Positions 1 to 9,171 of a stretch of DNA of 64,000 bases are shown piece by piece. The stretch comes from a virus: the IMG/VR virus record IMGVR_UViG_3300050821_007016, positions 1-64,000 of that record; one strand, written 5' to 3'. The notes beneath the pieces were generated by a model. The model saw only the letters and a program-made list of their open reading frames with translations, did no database searches and was not told where the DNA came from. Every line of letters starts with the position of its first letter. The first letter of the stretch is position 1. The position numbers and the translations under genes are program-made.

Positions 1-802
1 CGGCGGCCCACTTCGAGACGCCGTCGGTGAAGAGGTAGTAGGCGCCGTTGGTCGACGCGATCGTCACCACGGTGCCGCCGTTGACGGTGTCGGAGCCGGT
101 GCGGGTGATCGTCAGCGTGTTGGTGTTCGTGACCGCGCCCGCGATGTCGGTGACGATGAGACGCTGCCCGGGGTTCATCGAGTTAGCGGGCGGCAGCGTC
201 CACGTGCGGGGGGCGGTGAACGCCGCGGTGGTGCCGACGGATCGGTCCGTGTTCAGGATGGTGTAGTTGGCGTTTCCCACCGTGGTCATCGCGTCGATGT
301 TCAGCCCGGAGGCGGCGCGGGCGGTCGGCGCCGAGGTCCCCCCGGTGCCTCCCTTGGCGAGCGAGAGCGCCGAAGCCAGCGGCCCGATCGCCGTGGCGCC
401 GGTGTATATGGCGAGCTGGTTGGCCGCGCCGGGCGCGATCGAGGCGTTGCCGGTCGCGAGCTGGACGGTCGAGCCGCCGATCTGGGCGAAGATTCCGACC
501 GCCGTCACCCACAGGTCGCCGTTGACCGGCGCGCCGGGGTTGCCGCCGGGCGTAAGGTTGAACCCGGCCAGACCGGTCGGGGCCGGCAGGACCAGGCGCC
601 CGCTCATCACGTCGCCGTTCTTGTTGACCGGGACATAGCCGAGCGCGTCGTTCTTGTTCTGGAAGCACAGGTTCCACTGGCCCGCGGTCAGCACCGCGCC
701 CTGCACGATGGAGGGGCAGGCCGATTGCGCGTGGGCTGCGCCGATGGACAGCGGCGCCAGGGCGGCGGCGACGAAGGCGGCCTTCAGCATCTTCATGTTC
801 AT
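1..802 (-). CDS. Tail-fibre-like protein with N-terminal Sec signal peptide (partial, runs off window start)
   Basis: Not in the ORF track because it has no stop in the window. My translation from ATG 802: MNMKMLKAAFVAAALAPLSIGAAHA|QSACPSIVQG...LAKGGTGGTSAPTARAASGL...TWTLPAAN...ITDIAG...NTLTITRTGSDTVNGG. The GGTG-x-ARxxLG and TLP...D..G...N.LTI...GSDT.NG motifs are typical of fibre proteins. GAGGGG RBS; follows the fibre gene. Confidence 0.7.
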   Translation of the reverse strand, partial: MNMKMLKAAFVAAALAPLSIGAAHAQSACPSIVQGAVLTAGQWNLCFQNKNDALGYVPVNKNGDVMSGRLVLPAPTGLAGFNLTPGGNPGAPVNGDLWVTAVGIFAQIGGSTVQLATGNASIAPGAANQLAIYTGATAIGPLASALSLAKGGTGGTSAPTARAASGLNIDAMTTVGNANYTILNTDRSVGTTAAFTAPRTWTLPPANSMNPGQRLIVTDIAGAVTNTNTLTITRTGSDTVNGGTVVTIASTNGAYYLFTDGVSKWAA

Positions 803-806
803 CCCC

Positions 807-2033
807 TCAGGTGTACTGCCCGCCGGTCGGGTTCGATCCGCCCACGGTCCCGGGGTAGTAGGTCGCGCCGCCGCCGTTGGTGTTGATGACGCCGTTGCGC
901 TCCGCGAGGTACCTCGTGCCGGTGACGTTGCCGGGGTTGGCGATGGAGGAGAACAGCAAGTCGGTGCGCGCGGTGTCCGCGACGATGAAGATCGAGACCG
1001 TGACTGCATTTCGGATCGTCAGCGCCGGGGCGGTCGGCAGCGACCTCATGCTGGCGCCGCTGAGCGCCTGGAAGCCGGGGTTGCCGGTCGTGGAGCCGCT
1101 GATGTACAGGCTGCCGCCGTAGCCCACCGAGGGGCCGAACTCGGCCGTGACATAGCCGCCGAAGCAGGTGCCCCACTCGATGTTCTGTAGCGTGCACGCG
1201 GTGCCGGAGTTGAGCAGCAGAATCCCGCAGCCAGGATCGCCGGTGGCGCCGTTGGCGGCGGCCGCGGTGAACTTGAAGCCGTTGAAGTTGACGTTGTTGG
1301 ACGCGTTGATGATGACGGCCGAGCCGGCCGTGTTGTTGGCGATGACGCAGTTCTGCGGGTTGGTCGTGTCGCCGACGAAGTTGACCGAGCCAGAACCGGA
1401 CATTGGCGGGACGGTGAATGGCGTGGACGACGAGTAGGTGGCGTCGGCGCAGTTGACCGTGACCACGAAGCCGTTGAGGTTGAGACCGGAGATGACGCTG
1501 GCCGCGTGCTGCGGCGTCGCCCACGGCCCGTGCGAGCCGGACACCGTCGCGGAGGTGCCGTCATAGAGCGTGTCGCTGCCGGTCGAGCCATTGACGAAGA
1601 AAACCTGGTTGGCCAGCAGCGCGGCTGGAAACGGCTGCCACTGCGCGGAGTAGCCGGCATCCGGGTTGATCGTGTTGTTGTCGACCAGGCTGATCCAGAA
1701 GTGCCCCGGGTTGCTCAGCGCCGACAGGAACGCGCCGTTGGGGTAGCCGCCGATCGCGGCGGAGAACGTGCCGTCGAATGTTGGAGCGCCGCCGCCCGCG
1801 GACACCCACTGATTCCACGCCGTGATCTGGTTCAAGAGCCCATTGAAGTCCTGGCCGAACGGCGGCACGCCGCCGGCCGCCACGGGGTTGAAGTTCGCCG
1901 GAGGAAAGCCGGTCTGCAGCGACGCCTGCCCCACCGTGCCGGTCGGGTTCTGCGGCACCGTTCGGGTGAAGCCCGCGCCGGCGGAACTCGCGAACGCGAT
2001 GGGAAACTTCGCGGGTATGTTTGAGGCTTGCAC
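807..2033 (-). CDS. Tail fibre / tailspike protein
   Basis: Start re-called to GTG 2033 (GGGGG RBS). N-terminus QASNIPAKFPIAFA...ASLQTGFPP...GGVPPFGQDFNGLLNQIT...IGGYPNGA is the conserved fibre head of Bcep781-like phages. C-terminal half looks like a beta-helix (FFVNGSTGSD...PWATPQHA). Confidence 0.8.
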   Translation of the reverse strand: MQASNIPAKFPIAFASSAGAGFTRTVPQNPTGTVGQASLQTGFPPANFNPVAAGGVPPFGQDFNGLLNQITAWNQWVSAGGGAPTFDGTFSAAIGGYPNGAFLSALSNPGHFWISLVDNNTINPDAGYSAQWQPFPAALLANQVFFVNGSTGSDTLYDGTSATVSGSHGPWATPQHAASVISGLNLNGFVVTVNCADATYSSSTPFTVPPMSGSGSVNFVGDTTNPQNCVIANNTAGSAVIINASNNVNFNGFKFTAAAANGATGDPGCGILLLNSGTACTLQNIEWGTCFGGYVTAEFGPSVGYGGSLYISGSTTGNPGFQALSGASMRSLPTAPALTIRNAVTVSIFIVADTARTDLLFSSIANPGNVTGTRYLAERNGVINTNGGGATYYPGTVGGSNPTGGQYT

Positions 2034-2044
2034 GTGGACCCCCT

Positions 2045-2788
2045 TCAGGCGTTGACGACGACGTAGGCCTTCACCCCGGTCGGCTTCGGAAGTACGCCTG
2101 AAGCCTGCACGATGGCGAGTTCTACGGGAGATAGGGCGAAATTGAAAGTGTAAGTCATCACCATCCGCGGCGCGATCTGCCCGGAGTAGAACGGAGCCTG
2201 GTTGAAGCCGAGACCGTCGGTGGCCTCCTCGAAGCCGAACCACGGACCGAACTGGCCGCCCTCGGTCACGAAGCAGTTGCCCCGGTGCGGGAACAGCGTC
2301 AGCAGCATCTGGTTCAGCATCGGGATAGAGCACTGCGAGATGTTGGCGAACGCCTTCGTCAGGATCAGCCGGCGGTAGGTCAGGTCATCCAGCGTGAAGT
2401 TCACCGTGGTGAACCCGCCGCTCCAGAACGGCGCTTGGTTGAATCCCATCGCGTCGCCCGCCTCCTCGAAGCCGAAGTGCGGGAACGGCTGGAAGATCGT
2501 GATGGTGCGCGCGACGCCGACGATTCGGCCCCAGACGTCGAGGCCGTAGCCGATCGCGCTGTCGACGTTGAAGATCAGGTCGAAGAAGTTGTCGATGTTC
2601 GCCGTCGGGTCGACATAGCCCGCGAAGTTGGTGATCAGCGTCGTCAGGATGGGCGAGTTCGCGTACTGGCTGGCGACCGTGTCCCAGATGTTGAACGGGC
2701 TGATCGTCCCGATCGGGCTGGTGCCGATCGTGAACTCGCCGATGGCGTTGTTGTCCGGGTCTACCGGCGGGTACGGAGGTCCGCTCAC
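2045..2788 (-). CDS. DUF2612-family baseplate wedge protein
   Basis: Start re-called to GTG 2788 (GTGA overlap with the baseplate J stop). Motifs SQYANSP, AIGYGLDVWGRIVGV, LDDLTYRRLI, LPKPTGV. Confidence 0.85.
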   Translation of the reverse strand: MSGPPYPPVDPDNNAIGEFTIGTSPIGTISPFNIWDTVASQYANSPILTTLITNFAGYVDPTANIDNFFDLIFNVDSAIGYGLDVWGRIVGVARTITIFQPFPHFGFEEAGDAMGFNQAPFWSGGFTTVNFTLDDLTYRRLILTKAFANISQCSIPMLNQMLLTLFPHRGNCFVTEGGQFGPWFGFEEATDGLGFNQAPFYSGQIAPRMVMTYTFNFALSPVELAIVQASGVLPKPTGVKAYVVVNA

Positions 2789-4200
2789 AGCAGGACCAGC
2801 TGGGTGTTGCCGGCCGCGGTAACCGGGCTCTGGTCGATGTTGATCAGCACCTCGTCGGCCGACGTGGAGACGCCCTGCATCGTGCCGCTCGCGACGGTCT
2901 GGGTCATGTTCAGCGTCCAGCTGGTGCCGGAGCCGGCGGTGATGATCGTGCCTGGAACGACGCCGTTGCCGGTGATCTGCTGGCCGATGCCGATGATGCC
3001 GGAGGTCACGGAAGTGACAGTCAGCGTCGTGCCGGCGATCGAGCCGACGAACACCGAGGCCGGCAGGTTGGAGCATCCCAGCTTGATGTTGACGATCTGC
3101 GCCCACGACCCCAGCGCCTGCACCACGCCGTAGTAGCGCGACGCCAGCAGCGTGTTGCCGATCCGCGCCCGCGGGCCGCCGTCCTGGCCGGCGAACGCCG
3201 ACAGGATCGCGTTCTGCACCAGCGTCGTCGCGTTGGATGGCACCAGGGGGTTGTTGGAGATGGCCACGGTGAAGGTGACGGTCACGAACGATGGCCGCTC
3301 GAACTGCACGGGGTACGACGGCAGCGGCGGGTTGTAGAGGGAGTTGGTGTCCTGGACGATGACGATGGTGTTGCCGTTGTAACCCGCGCCCGGCGACTTC
3401 TTCGACCACATCGCCTGCGCCACCGCTGCGTCGGTACCGCCGACCGCCGCGACGTAGATCGAGTTGGGGTTCAGCGTGAAGTCACCGACCGCCTGCGCGA
3501 ACTGGTTGACGTTCTCAGTGACGAACGCATCGGTCACGCCGGGCACGCTGAGCACCGCGCCGACGATCGAAGGCAGCGAGCCCTGCGCGTTCTGCGCCAC
3601 CGACAGCGCGCGGCGCTGCTCGAACGCCTGCCGGGTCTCGACGTTGGAGCCGATGGTGCCGTCGGTCAGGTTGGTCGCGGTGTCCCAGCCGTTGATGGCC
3701 TGGAAGATGCCGGAGGTCGACCCGCCGATCGCGCCGGCCGGGCAAGAGATCGGCCCTAGCGTCGTGCAGGCGAACTGGATCACCACGGTGCCCTGCGGCC
3801 CGATCGTCGCCGCGCCTACCGATGTATAGGTGTTGTTGGCGTCGTCGATCACCAGCGCGTTCGCCGGGATCACCACGCCGGGCAGGCCCCCGCAGGTGAC
3901 GTTGACGACGGTCGCGAACGCCGGGATGCGCGATATGAAGTAGATGCGCGCGATCGCATCCTGGTAGCGGCCGGAGTTGAGCGCCGGGTCGATCTGCTGC
4001 GACAGGAACGCGAACGCGTCGTTGGCGTTGCCGATCGCAGCGGTCTGGCTGATCGCGAGCTGCCCCTGCGGCGTCGAGTCGGCCATGTCGAGGTCGCCGC
4101 CGAACGCGTTGTTGATGTCCGACTGCACGGCGGTGAGGATCGCCTGCTCCGTCGGGACGACGAAGCCGTTGGGGCCGAACGATGGCTGCGGAACGGTCAT
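2785..4200 (-). CDS. Baseplate J/gp47-like wedge protein with inserted beta-module
   Basis: STPQGQL, DPALNSGRYQDAIARIYFISR, ETRQAFEQRR, VLSVPGVTDA motifs; synteny. Confidence 0.9.
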   Translation of the reverse strand: MTVPQPSFGPNGFVVPTEQAILTAVQSDINNAFGGDLDMADSTPQGQLAISQTAAIGNANDAFAFLSQQIDPALNSGRYQDAIARIYFISRIPAFATVVNVTCGGLPGVVIPANALVIDDANNTYTSVGAATIGPQGTVVIQFACTTLGPISCPAGAIGGSTSGIFQAINGWDTATNLTDGTIGSNVETRQAFEQRRALSVAQNAQGSLPSIVGAVLSVPGVTDAFVTENVNQFAQAVGDFTLNPNSIYVAAVGGTDAAVAQAMWSKKSPGAGYNGNTIVIVQDTNSLYNPPLPSYPVQFERPSFVTVTFTVAISNNPLVPSNATTLVQNAILSAFAGQDGGPRARIGNTLLASRYYGVVQALGSWAQIVNIKLGCSNLPASVFVGSIAGTTLTVTSVTSGIIGIGQQITGNGVVPGTIITAGSGTSWTLNMTQTVASGTMQGVSTSADEVLINIDQSPVTAAGNTQLVLL

Positions 4201-4203
4201 CTC

Positions 4204-4557
4204 TCAGAACCCCACTGTGGATAGCGCGCCGTTCTCGTCGGTGATCTGAACCTGGCCCGAGACGACGCGGTCGGTGATGTCGTTGATGAAGCACTGCGCC
4301 TGCACCACGGTCGGGACGGTCAGCGCGGCGTTGACGAAGTAGTTCTTCATCAACCCCACCGGCGGCCAGTGGCCGAGGACCTTCTGCCAGTACGGGATTC
4401 CGGCGTTGACGTTGTAGTAGTCGTCGCCCTGGAAATACTTGATCGCGCTCGCCGCGTCCTGGGCGAGCGCGTAGGGCGGCGACGCAACCGCGATGTTGCG
4501 GTTGCCGTCGACCATCAGGTCCCAAGTGGATGGGTTGAGGAGCAGGGTGTTCGGCAT
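4204..4557 (-). CDS. Baseplate wedge / sheath initiator (gp25-like)
   Basis: TLLLNPSTWDL...GNRNIAVASPPYALAQDAASAIK..GD.YY...GIPYW; lies between spike and baseplate J. Confidence 0.75.
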   Translation of the reverse strand: MPNTLLLNPSTWDLMVDGNRNIAVASPPYALAQDAASAIKYFQGDDYYNVNAGIPYWQKVLGHWPPVGLMKNYFVNAALTVPTVVQAQCFINDITDRVVSGQVQITDENGALSTVGF

Positions 4558-5171
4558 CAGTCCTTCTGTCCCGATTCGCTGATCACGGCGAAGACCTTAG
4601 TCGAGGGGCCGTCCACCGTCACCACCGCGTGAGGGGCGTTCTTCATGCCGAGGTCGACCCGGTTCGGCTGTAGCCACACCGCCGTGGTGCCGCCGTCTGG
4701 CGACAGCTCGATGCTACCGTTGCTGTCCCAGCGGACGTAGCTGGTCGGCTTCTGCGACAGGCACATGCCGATGAAGATGCCGTCCGCGATGTTGTTGCTG
4801 CGGGCCGAGCCGGGCGGCGACTCCTTCATGGTCTGCTTGACCGTCGAGATGTCTCGATCGGCCGAGATCACGATGCCGATGTCGTTGACCTGCGGGTCGA
4901 GGATGACCGCGAACTTGCCGCCCATCATGCGGATGTAGGGCAGCCCATGCACCGTGTCGTGGCTGGTGCCGCGCTGCTGGCCGTCGACCATCTTGACCAG
5001 AGGCTGCACGTCGACGGTCCCGATTGCGGCGACCCCGCCGGTGGTCGAAACCTTCTTGACCATGCAGATCGTGCAGGTCATCCGGGCGTCGGACGCCGTC
5101 TGGATGACGTGGCGCAGCGCGTTGTAGTGCGAGGTGCCGCTCGACGGGTCGATGAGTGGGTATGCGTCCAT
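4557..5171 (-). CDS. Baseplate spike (Gp138 N-terminal-domain type)
   Basis: TVDVQPLV...LPYIRMMGGKFAVILDPQVNDIG...ADRDIS...R.NNIADGIFIG. Confidence 0.85.
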   Translation of the reverse strand: MDAYPLIDPSSGTSHYNALRHVIQTASDARMTCTICMVKKVSTTGGVAAIGTVDVQPLVKMVDGQQRGTSHDTVHGLPYIRMMGGKFAVILDPQVNDIGIVISADRDISTVKQTMKESPPGSARSNNIADGIFIGMCLSQKPTSYVRWDSNGSIELSPDGGTTAVWLQPNRVDLGMKNAPHAVVTVDGPSTKVFAVISESGQKD

Positions 5172-5183
5172 TGGATCACTCCG

Positions 5184-6107
5184 TCACAGCATGGTCACCG
5201 GGGCGCCGAGCTTCGAGCCGTCCAGGATCATGAACCAGCTCCCCTTCGGCGTGTTGGCCTGGAGGTCGTAGTCGATTCGGATGATCTGCCAGACCCCGTT
5301 CGCGGGCGCTATAGACGAGCCTTGGATCGTCATGTTGGAGCCGAACTGGACGGCGCGCTTGAACTCGACGCGCACCTGGACGCCGTACTCGGTGAAGGCC
5401 GGGTAGTCCCGCAGTCCGGTCTGCGGGGATATGACGAGCCCGCCGGAGCTGCCACGCGATCCGCCCTTCGGCCACACCGCGAGCACGCCGTTGTCGATCG
5501 CGCCGTAGACCCCGGCGTGCTTGATGATCTCGGAGATCTGCTTCCACGGGCTGCCCCAGTAGTAGGGATTGGTCAGCTTCGTGTTGACGCCGTTGTTCTC
5601 GAACTGGACCCCGCATTGCTGGCAGATTTGCTGCAGCATCTGCGTGACCTGGGTGGGGCCGGAGAAGCTCGTGGGATTGATGACCTTCGAGGACACGTTC
5701 CCCTGATCGCCGCTGCTGCCCATGTTCGCATAGGCCAGGACGCGGAAGGGCACGTCAGGCATCGCGCGCATGTCGCCCCATGCCTGCCGGATGCTGCCGG
5801 TGAACACCGTCGACATGCCATTTTCATCGTCGCCCGCGTCGACCTGAATCCTGTAGCTAGAATCCGGCTGGTAGTAGCGGCCGAAGGTCGAGAGCTGGTT
5901 GATGTGCTGCAGCGACAGCCCGCGAATCTCCAGGCTCATCTCGCCGAAGTTCAGCCCGCCGGCGTGGGTGATGCGCGCGGTCGTTCGCAGCGCGTACTTG
6001 CCCTGCGTGTCGAATGTCAGCGTGCCGCCGGTTCCGCCGCCGGAAAATGAGCCCACCTGGCCGCCGCCGGAGAACGTCACGTTGATCCTGCGCCTGACGT
6101 AGCTCAT
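5184..6107 (-). CDS. Baseplate hub protein
   Basis: LEIRGLS, IQVDAGD...VFTGSI..AW.D, FENNGV, ISPQTGLRDYP motifs; synteny. Confidence 0.8.
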   Translation of the reverse strand: MSYVRRRINVTFSGGGQVGSFSGGGTGGTLTFDTQGKYALRTTARITHAGGLNFGEMSLEIRGLSLQHINQLSTFGRYYQPDSSYRIQVDAGDDENGMSTVFTGSIRQAWGDMRAMPDVPFRVLAYANMGSSGDQGNVSSKVINPTSFSGPTQVTQMLQQICQQCGVQFENNGVNTKLTNPYYWGSPWKQISEIIKHAGVYGAIDNGVLAVWPKGGSRGSSGGLVISPQTGLRDYPAFTEYGVQVRVEFKRAVQFGSNMTIQGSSIAPANGVWQIIRIDYDLQANTPKGSWFMILDGSKLGAPVTML

Positions 6108-6466
6108 GTGTCCGGGATTCCCAGCGTCGCCATGTCGGCGTCGCTCAAGTAGATCAGCTGGTAGCGGGTCCCGAGCCCGGTGTAGTCCGGGTCCGACGTG
6201 CCCTGAGTGTCGTTGAACATGAAGTCGCCGTCAAACCCGGCCTGCACGTTGAGGTACTGGTTGCGGATGATGCGGTTCTGGTTCTCGCAGATCACGCCGC
6301 CGATCTCCAGCACGCCGGCGACGATGACGTCCATGAACAGGCCGTAGCGCAGCTGGTAGACGTTGAGCTGCACCGTCTGGCCGGCGAGGTTCGTCAGCAG
6401 TTGCTGCGACGGCACCGCCTGCAGCGGAATGATCGATGAGCTGGTCAGCGTGATCGCGTCGGCCAT
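6104..6466 (-). CDS. Small baseplate (plug) protein
   Basis: IPLQAVPSQQL...L.GQ...GLFMD...GFDGDFMFNDTQGTSDPDYTGLGTRYQLIY. Confidence 0.75.
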   Translation of the reverse strand: MADAITLTSSSIIPLQAVPSQQLLTNLAGQTVQLNVYQLRYGLFMDVIVAGVLEIGGVICENQNRIIRNQYLNVQAGFDGDFMFNDTQGTSDPDYTGLGTRYQLIYLSDADMATLGIPDT

Positions 6467-6467
6467 G

Positions 6468-7082
6468 TCAGTTGCCCGCCCCGAATCCCCCAGGTGGGGG
6501 TTGAACCGTTATCTGCGTCTGAGTCGACTGCACGTTGCCGGCCGGCGACGGCGAGAAGCCGCTCGGTGACGCCGTGTTCTGGAAATTGTTCGAGTTGTCC
6601 ACCCTGATCTCCAGCAGGCCGACCGTGACCACCATCAGCCCGAGCCCGTTGCTGGCCGTCCGCCGGTAGTTGTAGTGCTCGACGTTGACGCTGGAGTATA
6701 CCGCCTCCGGGGTGACCACGTCGTAGAGCGTCAACGGCTCGGCGATCGAGGCGATCGAGGCCAGCAGCGCCTCGCGGTTGGCTAGGCTTCCGCCGGACGT
6801 GAACTGCACCTCGACCCGGAACGGTATGTCGACCTTGTCGTAGCTCTCGAAGCCGCCGCCCTCGACCGGGTAGTCGGAGATGGCCCAGTCCTGCTGGTAG
6901 CTGAAGGTCGTGACCGTGTCGGCCGTCACCACCGGCGCGCCGTTCAGGAACACGCCCCACTGCGGCGGCGCGCCGAGGCCGTAGCCGATGAAGGTGTCGG
7001 CCGACAGCAGGTTGGTCGGGTCGAGGAACGACGCGCCCTGGCCGGGCAGAAGGTTCGGAACGCCGTCGGGAAGGTCCGCCAT
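6468..7082 (-). CDS. Tail tube initiator / Dit-like baseplate protein
   Basis: WGVF...ISDYPVEGGGFESYDKV..P, LYDVVTPE, YNYRRTA...L.EIR; immediately after the tape measure gene. Confidence 0.75.
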   Translation of the reverse strand: MADLPDGVPNLLPGQGASFLDPTNLLSADTFIGYGLGAPPQWGVFLNGAPVVTADTVTTFSYQQDWAISDYPVEGGGFESYDKVDIPFRVEVQFTSGGSLANREALLASIASIAEPLTLYDVVTPEAVYSSVNVEHYNYRRTASNGLGLMVVTVGLLEIRVDNSNNFQNTASPSGFSPSPAGNVQSTQTQITVQPPPGGFGAGN

Positions 7083-7083
7083 G

Positions 7084-8916
7084 TCAGTTCATCCCCGTCA
7101 GAGAGTGATAGACCGGCGCGACCCGCTCCAAGTGCTCGCGGATGCCGTCGGCGTAGTCGCCGGGGTTGGCCCCCTGCGGCACCGAGACGTTCATGGTGCC
7201 GATGCTCGTGGCGGACGAGCTGGTGTTGTGGGTCGTCGAGCTGTTCGCCGCGGGCGGCCGGCGCGACAGCAGGCCCTGGCTCTGCTTCCACTGGTTGAAG
7301 GTCCCGAGCGATGATCCGCCGGCGAGCGACGCCGACGGCACTCTACTCCCGCTCCGGTGCGTGATCGACGCCTCCGTCGCCGTGCCGTTCGGACCAATGT
7401 GCAGGTACATAGGACCGTTGTTGGCTATCTCGCTGAGCAGGTGCCGCTTGAAGGCCGGCCACTCGTTCTGCGGGACCGCGAAGCAGCCGAGCGTGTAGAG
7501 GTGGTCGAGGTCCCTGCTGCTGCTGGCGTGAAGCTCGATGCCCTCGCGCAGCCTCCCCGTCTTCGGGTCTCGTATCGCGTTGTTGTTGAGACCGATGGCG
7601 CCGTGCGCGGAGCCCCACGGGCCGACCGTTCCCGGCGTGATGGGGTAGTCACCGTAGGGGATCGAGCCGCTGCCTGCCCCGCCGCTGCCCCAGTGGAATT
7701 TGCCGAACCCCTCCATGTATCCCATCCCCCCCATGTAGTAGGGACGGTTGGCCTGGTTGGAGCTGGGTCCTCCGCCGGTCTGGCCGGGCGCGGTGGCCTT
7801 GGGAGACTCCGGCGAGGTGCCGGTAACGGCGCCTTTTATGCGCTTCCACGCATCGCCGAACGAGAAGGAGGACGAACCTCCAGATGATTGAGGTTGCTGA
7901 CCCTCCGGAGAGGTGCCGGTGCCAGAGGGCGAGGACGACGATGATGATGACCCGCTGGCGCCGCCGCCACCTAACGGCGTTCCACCGCCACCGCCACGCA
8001 GTCGTTTCCATGCCCTCCCGAACGGGGAATCGGTCCAGAAGCTGCCGGTCTCGTTTACCGGCGCGTCCGCCCCCGCCGGAGCCTGCATCGCGCCCGTGAT
8101 TTTGGTGATCCAGCCGAGGAATGTGATGAGCGCCGGGGCGAGGTCCGTCACGATGATGCGCGCGAGCTTTTCCGACTCAAGCGACAGCTTGCCGAACGAT
8201 TCCACGAGCTTCTTCGACGCCTCGACCTGCTTCTCCGTGGTCTCGAACTGCTCCGCCTCCTTCAGCGCTTGGCGAAGCTTTTCAGGCCCCTGCAGGGCCA
8301 TGTTGATCGCGCCTTGCGGGAGTCCGACCTGGCCCAGCGCGTACCGTGCTCGGTTCGGGTCCCTCTCCTCCTGGGTCGCGAACTTCGACAGCGCCAGCAG
8401 GACTTCGGAGGGCGGCGCGTTCGCACCATACTTTTGCTGAAGCGCATCGAGGCTGGCGTTCAGGCCGGGATAGGAGCCTGCGAGCCGGCGGAGCGAGCTG
8501 CCCTGCCCATAGCTGAACGAGGCGGCGTTGTTGCCGATGGCGGTGGCGGTGGCGGTGGCGTCTTCCTTCGATTGCCCCATCAGCACCGCGGCGGCCTGCA
8601 GCTTGGTTAGCTCCCTATTGGTCTGCCCGAGGGAGTTCGCCAGGTAGGCGGTCTGCGTGTTCGCCCTCGCGAGGTCGCCGACCAGGCGGTCGAGTCCGAC
8701 GCCTCCCGCGATCAGCGCGCTGATGCCGAGCAGCCGCGACTGGAATTCCTTGAAGGTACCTATGAGCTGGTTGAAGCCGGCCTCGACCGGCTTGATGTGC
8801 GCCTGCGTGGACGACTCGAGCTGGCGCAGCTTGGCGATCGCGTCGCGCTGGCCTTCATCGAGCTGCTTGGTGTCCAGCCCGATCGAAATGACGAGGGAGT
8901 CGATGAGCGTCGCCAC
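7084..8916 (-). CDS. Tape measure protein with C-terminal L,D-transpeptidase-like (Tlde1/DUF2778-like) domain
   Basis: MATLIDSLVISIGLD N-terminus, helical body, position after the chaperone. C-terminal IPYGDY...REGIELH...TLGCF. Confidence 0.8.
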   Translation of the reverse strand: MATLIDSLVISIGLDTKQLDEGQRDAIAKLRQLESSTQAHIKPVEAGFNQLIGTFKEFQSRLLGISALIAGGVGLDRLVGDLARANTQTAYLANSLGQTNRELTKLQAAAVLMGQSKEDATATATAIGNNAASFSYGQGSSLRRLAGSYPGLNASLDALQQKYGANAPPSEVLLALSKFATQEERDPNRARYALGQVGLPQGAINMALQGPEKLRQALKEAEQFETTEKQVEASKKLVESFGKLSLESEKLARIIVTDLAPALITFLGWITKITGAMQAPAGADAPVNETGSFWTDSPFGRAWKRLRGGGGGTPLGGGGASGSSSSSSSPSGTGTSPEGQQPQSSGGSSSFSFGDAWKRIKGAVTGTSPESPKATAPGQTGGGPSSNQANRPYYMGGMGYMEGFGKFHWGSGGAGSGSIPYGDYPITPGTVGPWGSAHGAIGLNNNAIRDPKTGRLREGIELHASSSRDLDHLYTLGCFAVPQNEWPAFKRHLLSEIANNGPMYLHIGPNGTATEASITHRSGSRVPSASLAGGSSLGTFNQWKQSQGLLSRRPPAANSSTTHNTSSSATSIGTMNVSVPQGANPGDYADGIREHLERVAPVYHSLTGMN

Positions 8917-8928
8917 GGCCGGCCCCCT

Positions 8929-9171
8929 TTAATGCCTCTCAGCTTTTCGTCGTGACCACTCGTCGGTCATGAACCTGTTGTGGGCGTCGACCGCGATCAC
9001 CTCCAGCATAAGGTAAACGTCCTCGACTGAGTAGATGGTCTCGCATTCGTGGAAGGTCGCCTTGCCGGCGGAAATCACGTGGCCGATCGGGCGCGGGATG
9101 TTGGCGTAGTCGACGAGGCCTGGGACTTCATCCTGGTGGTATCTGCTCGCCTGGAGGTCTTCCTCGATCAT
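8929..9171 (-). CDS. Tail assembly chaperone, downstream (gpT-like) frame
   Basis: VISAGKATFHECETIYSVEDVYLMLEVIAVDAHN. Reachable by -1 frameshift at a T9 run or by ATGA re-initiation at 9171. Confidence 0.75.
   Translation of the reverse strand: MIEEDLQASRYHQDEVPGLVDYANIPRPIGHVISAGKATFHECETIYSVEDVYLMLEVIAVDAHNRFMTDEWSRRKAERH

Noticed and set aside
2034-3409. ORF-track starts for the fibre (2333) and DUF2612 (3409)
   Set aside because: The extensions overlap upstream genes; family N-termini and RBS/overlaps indicate starts at 2033 and 2788. Similar re-calls were made for several other genes.
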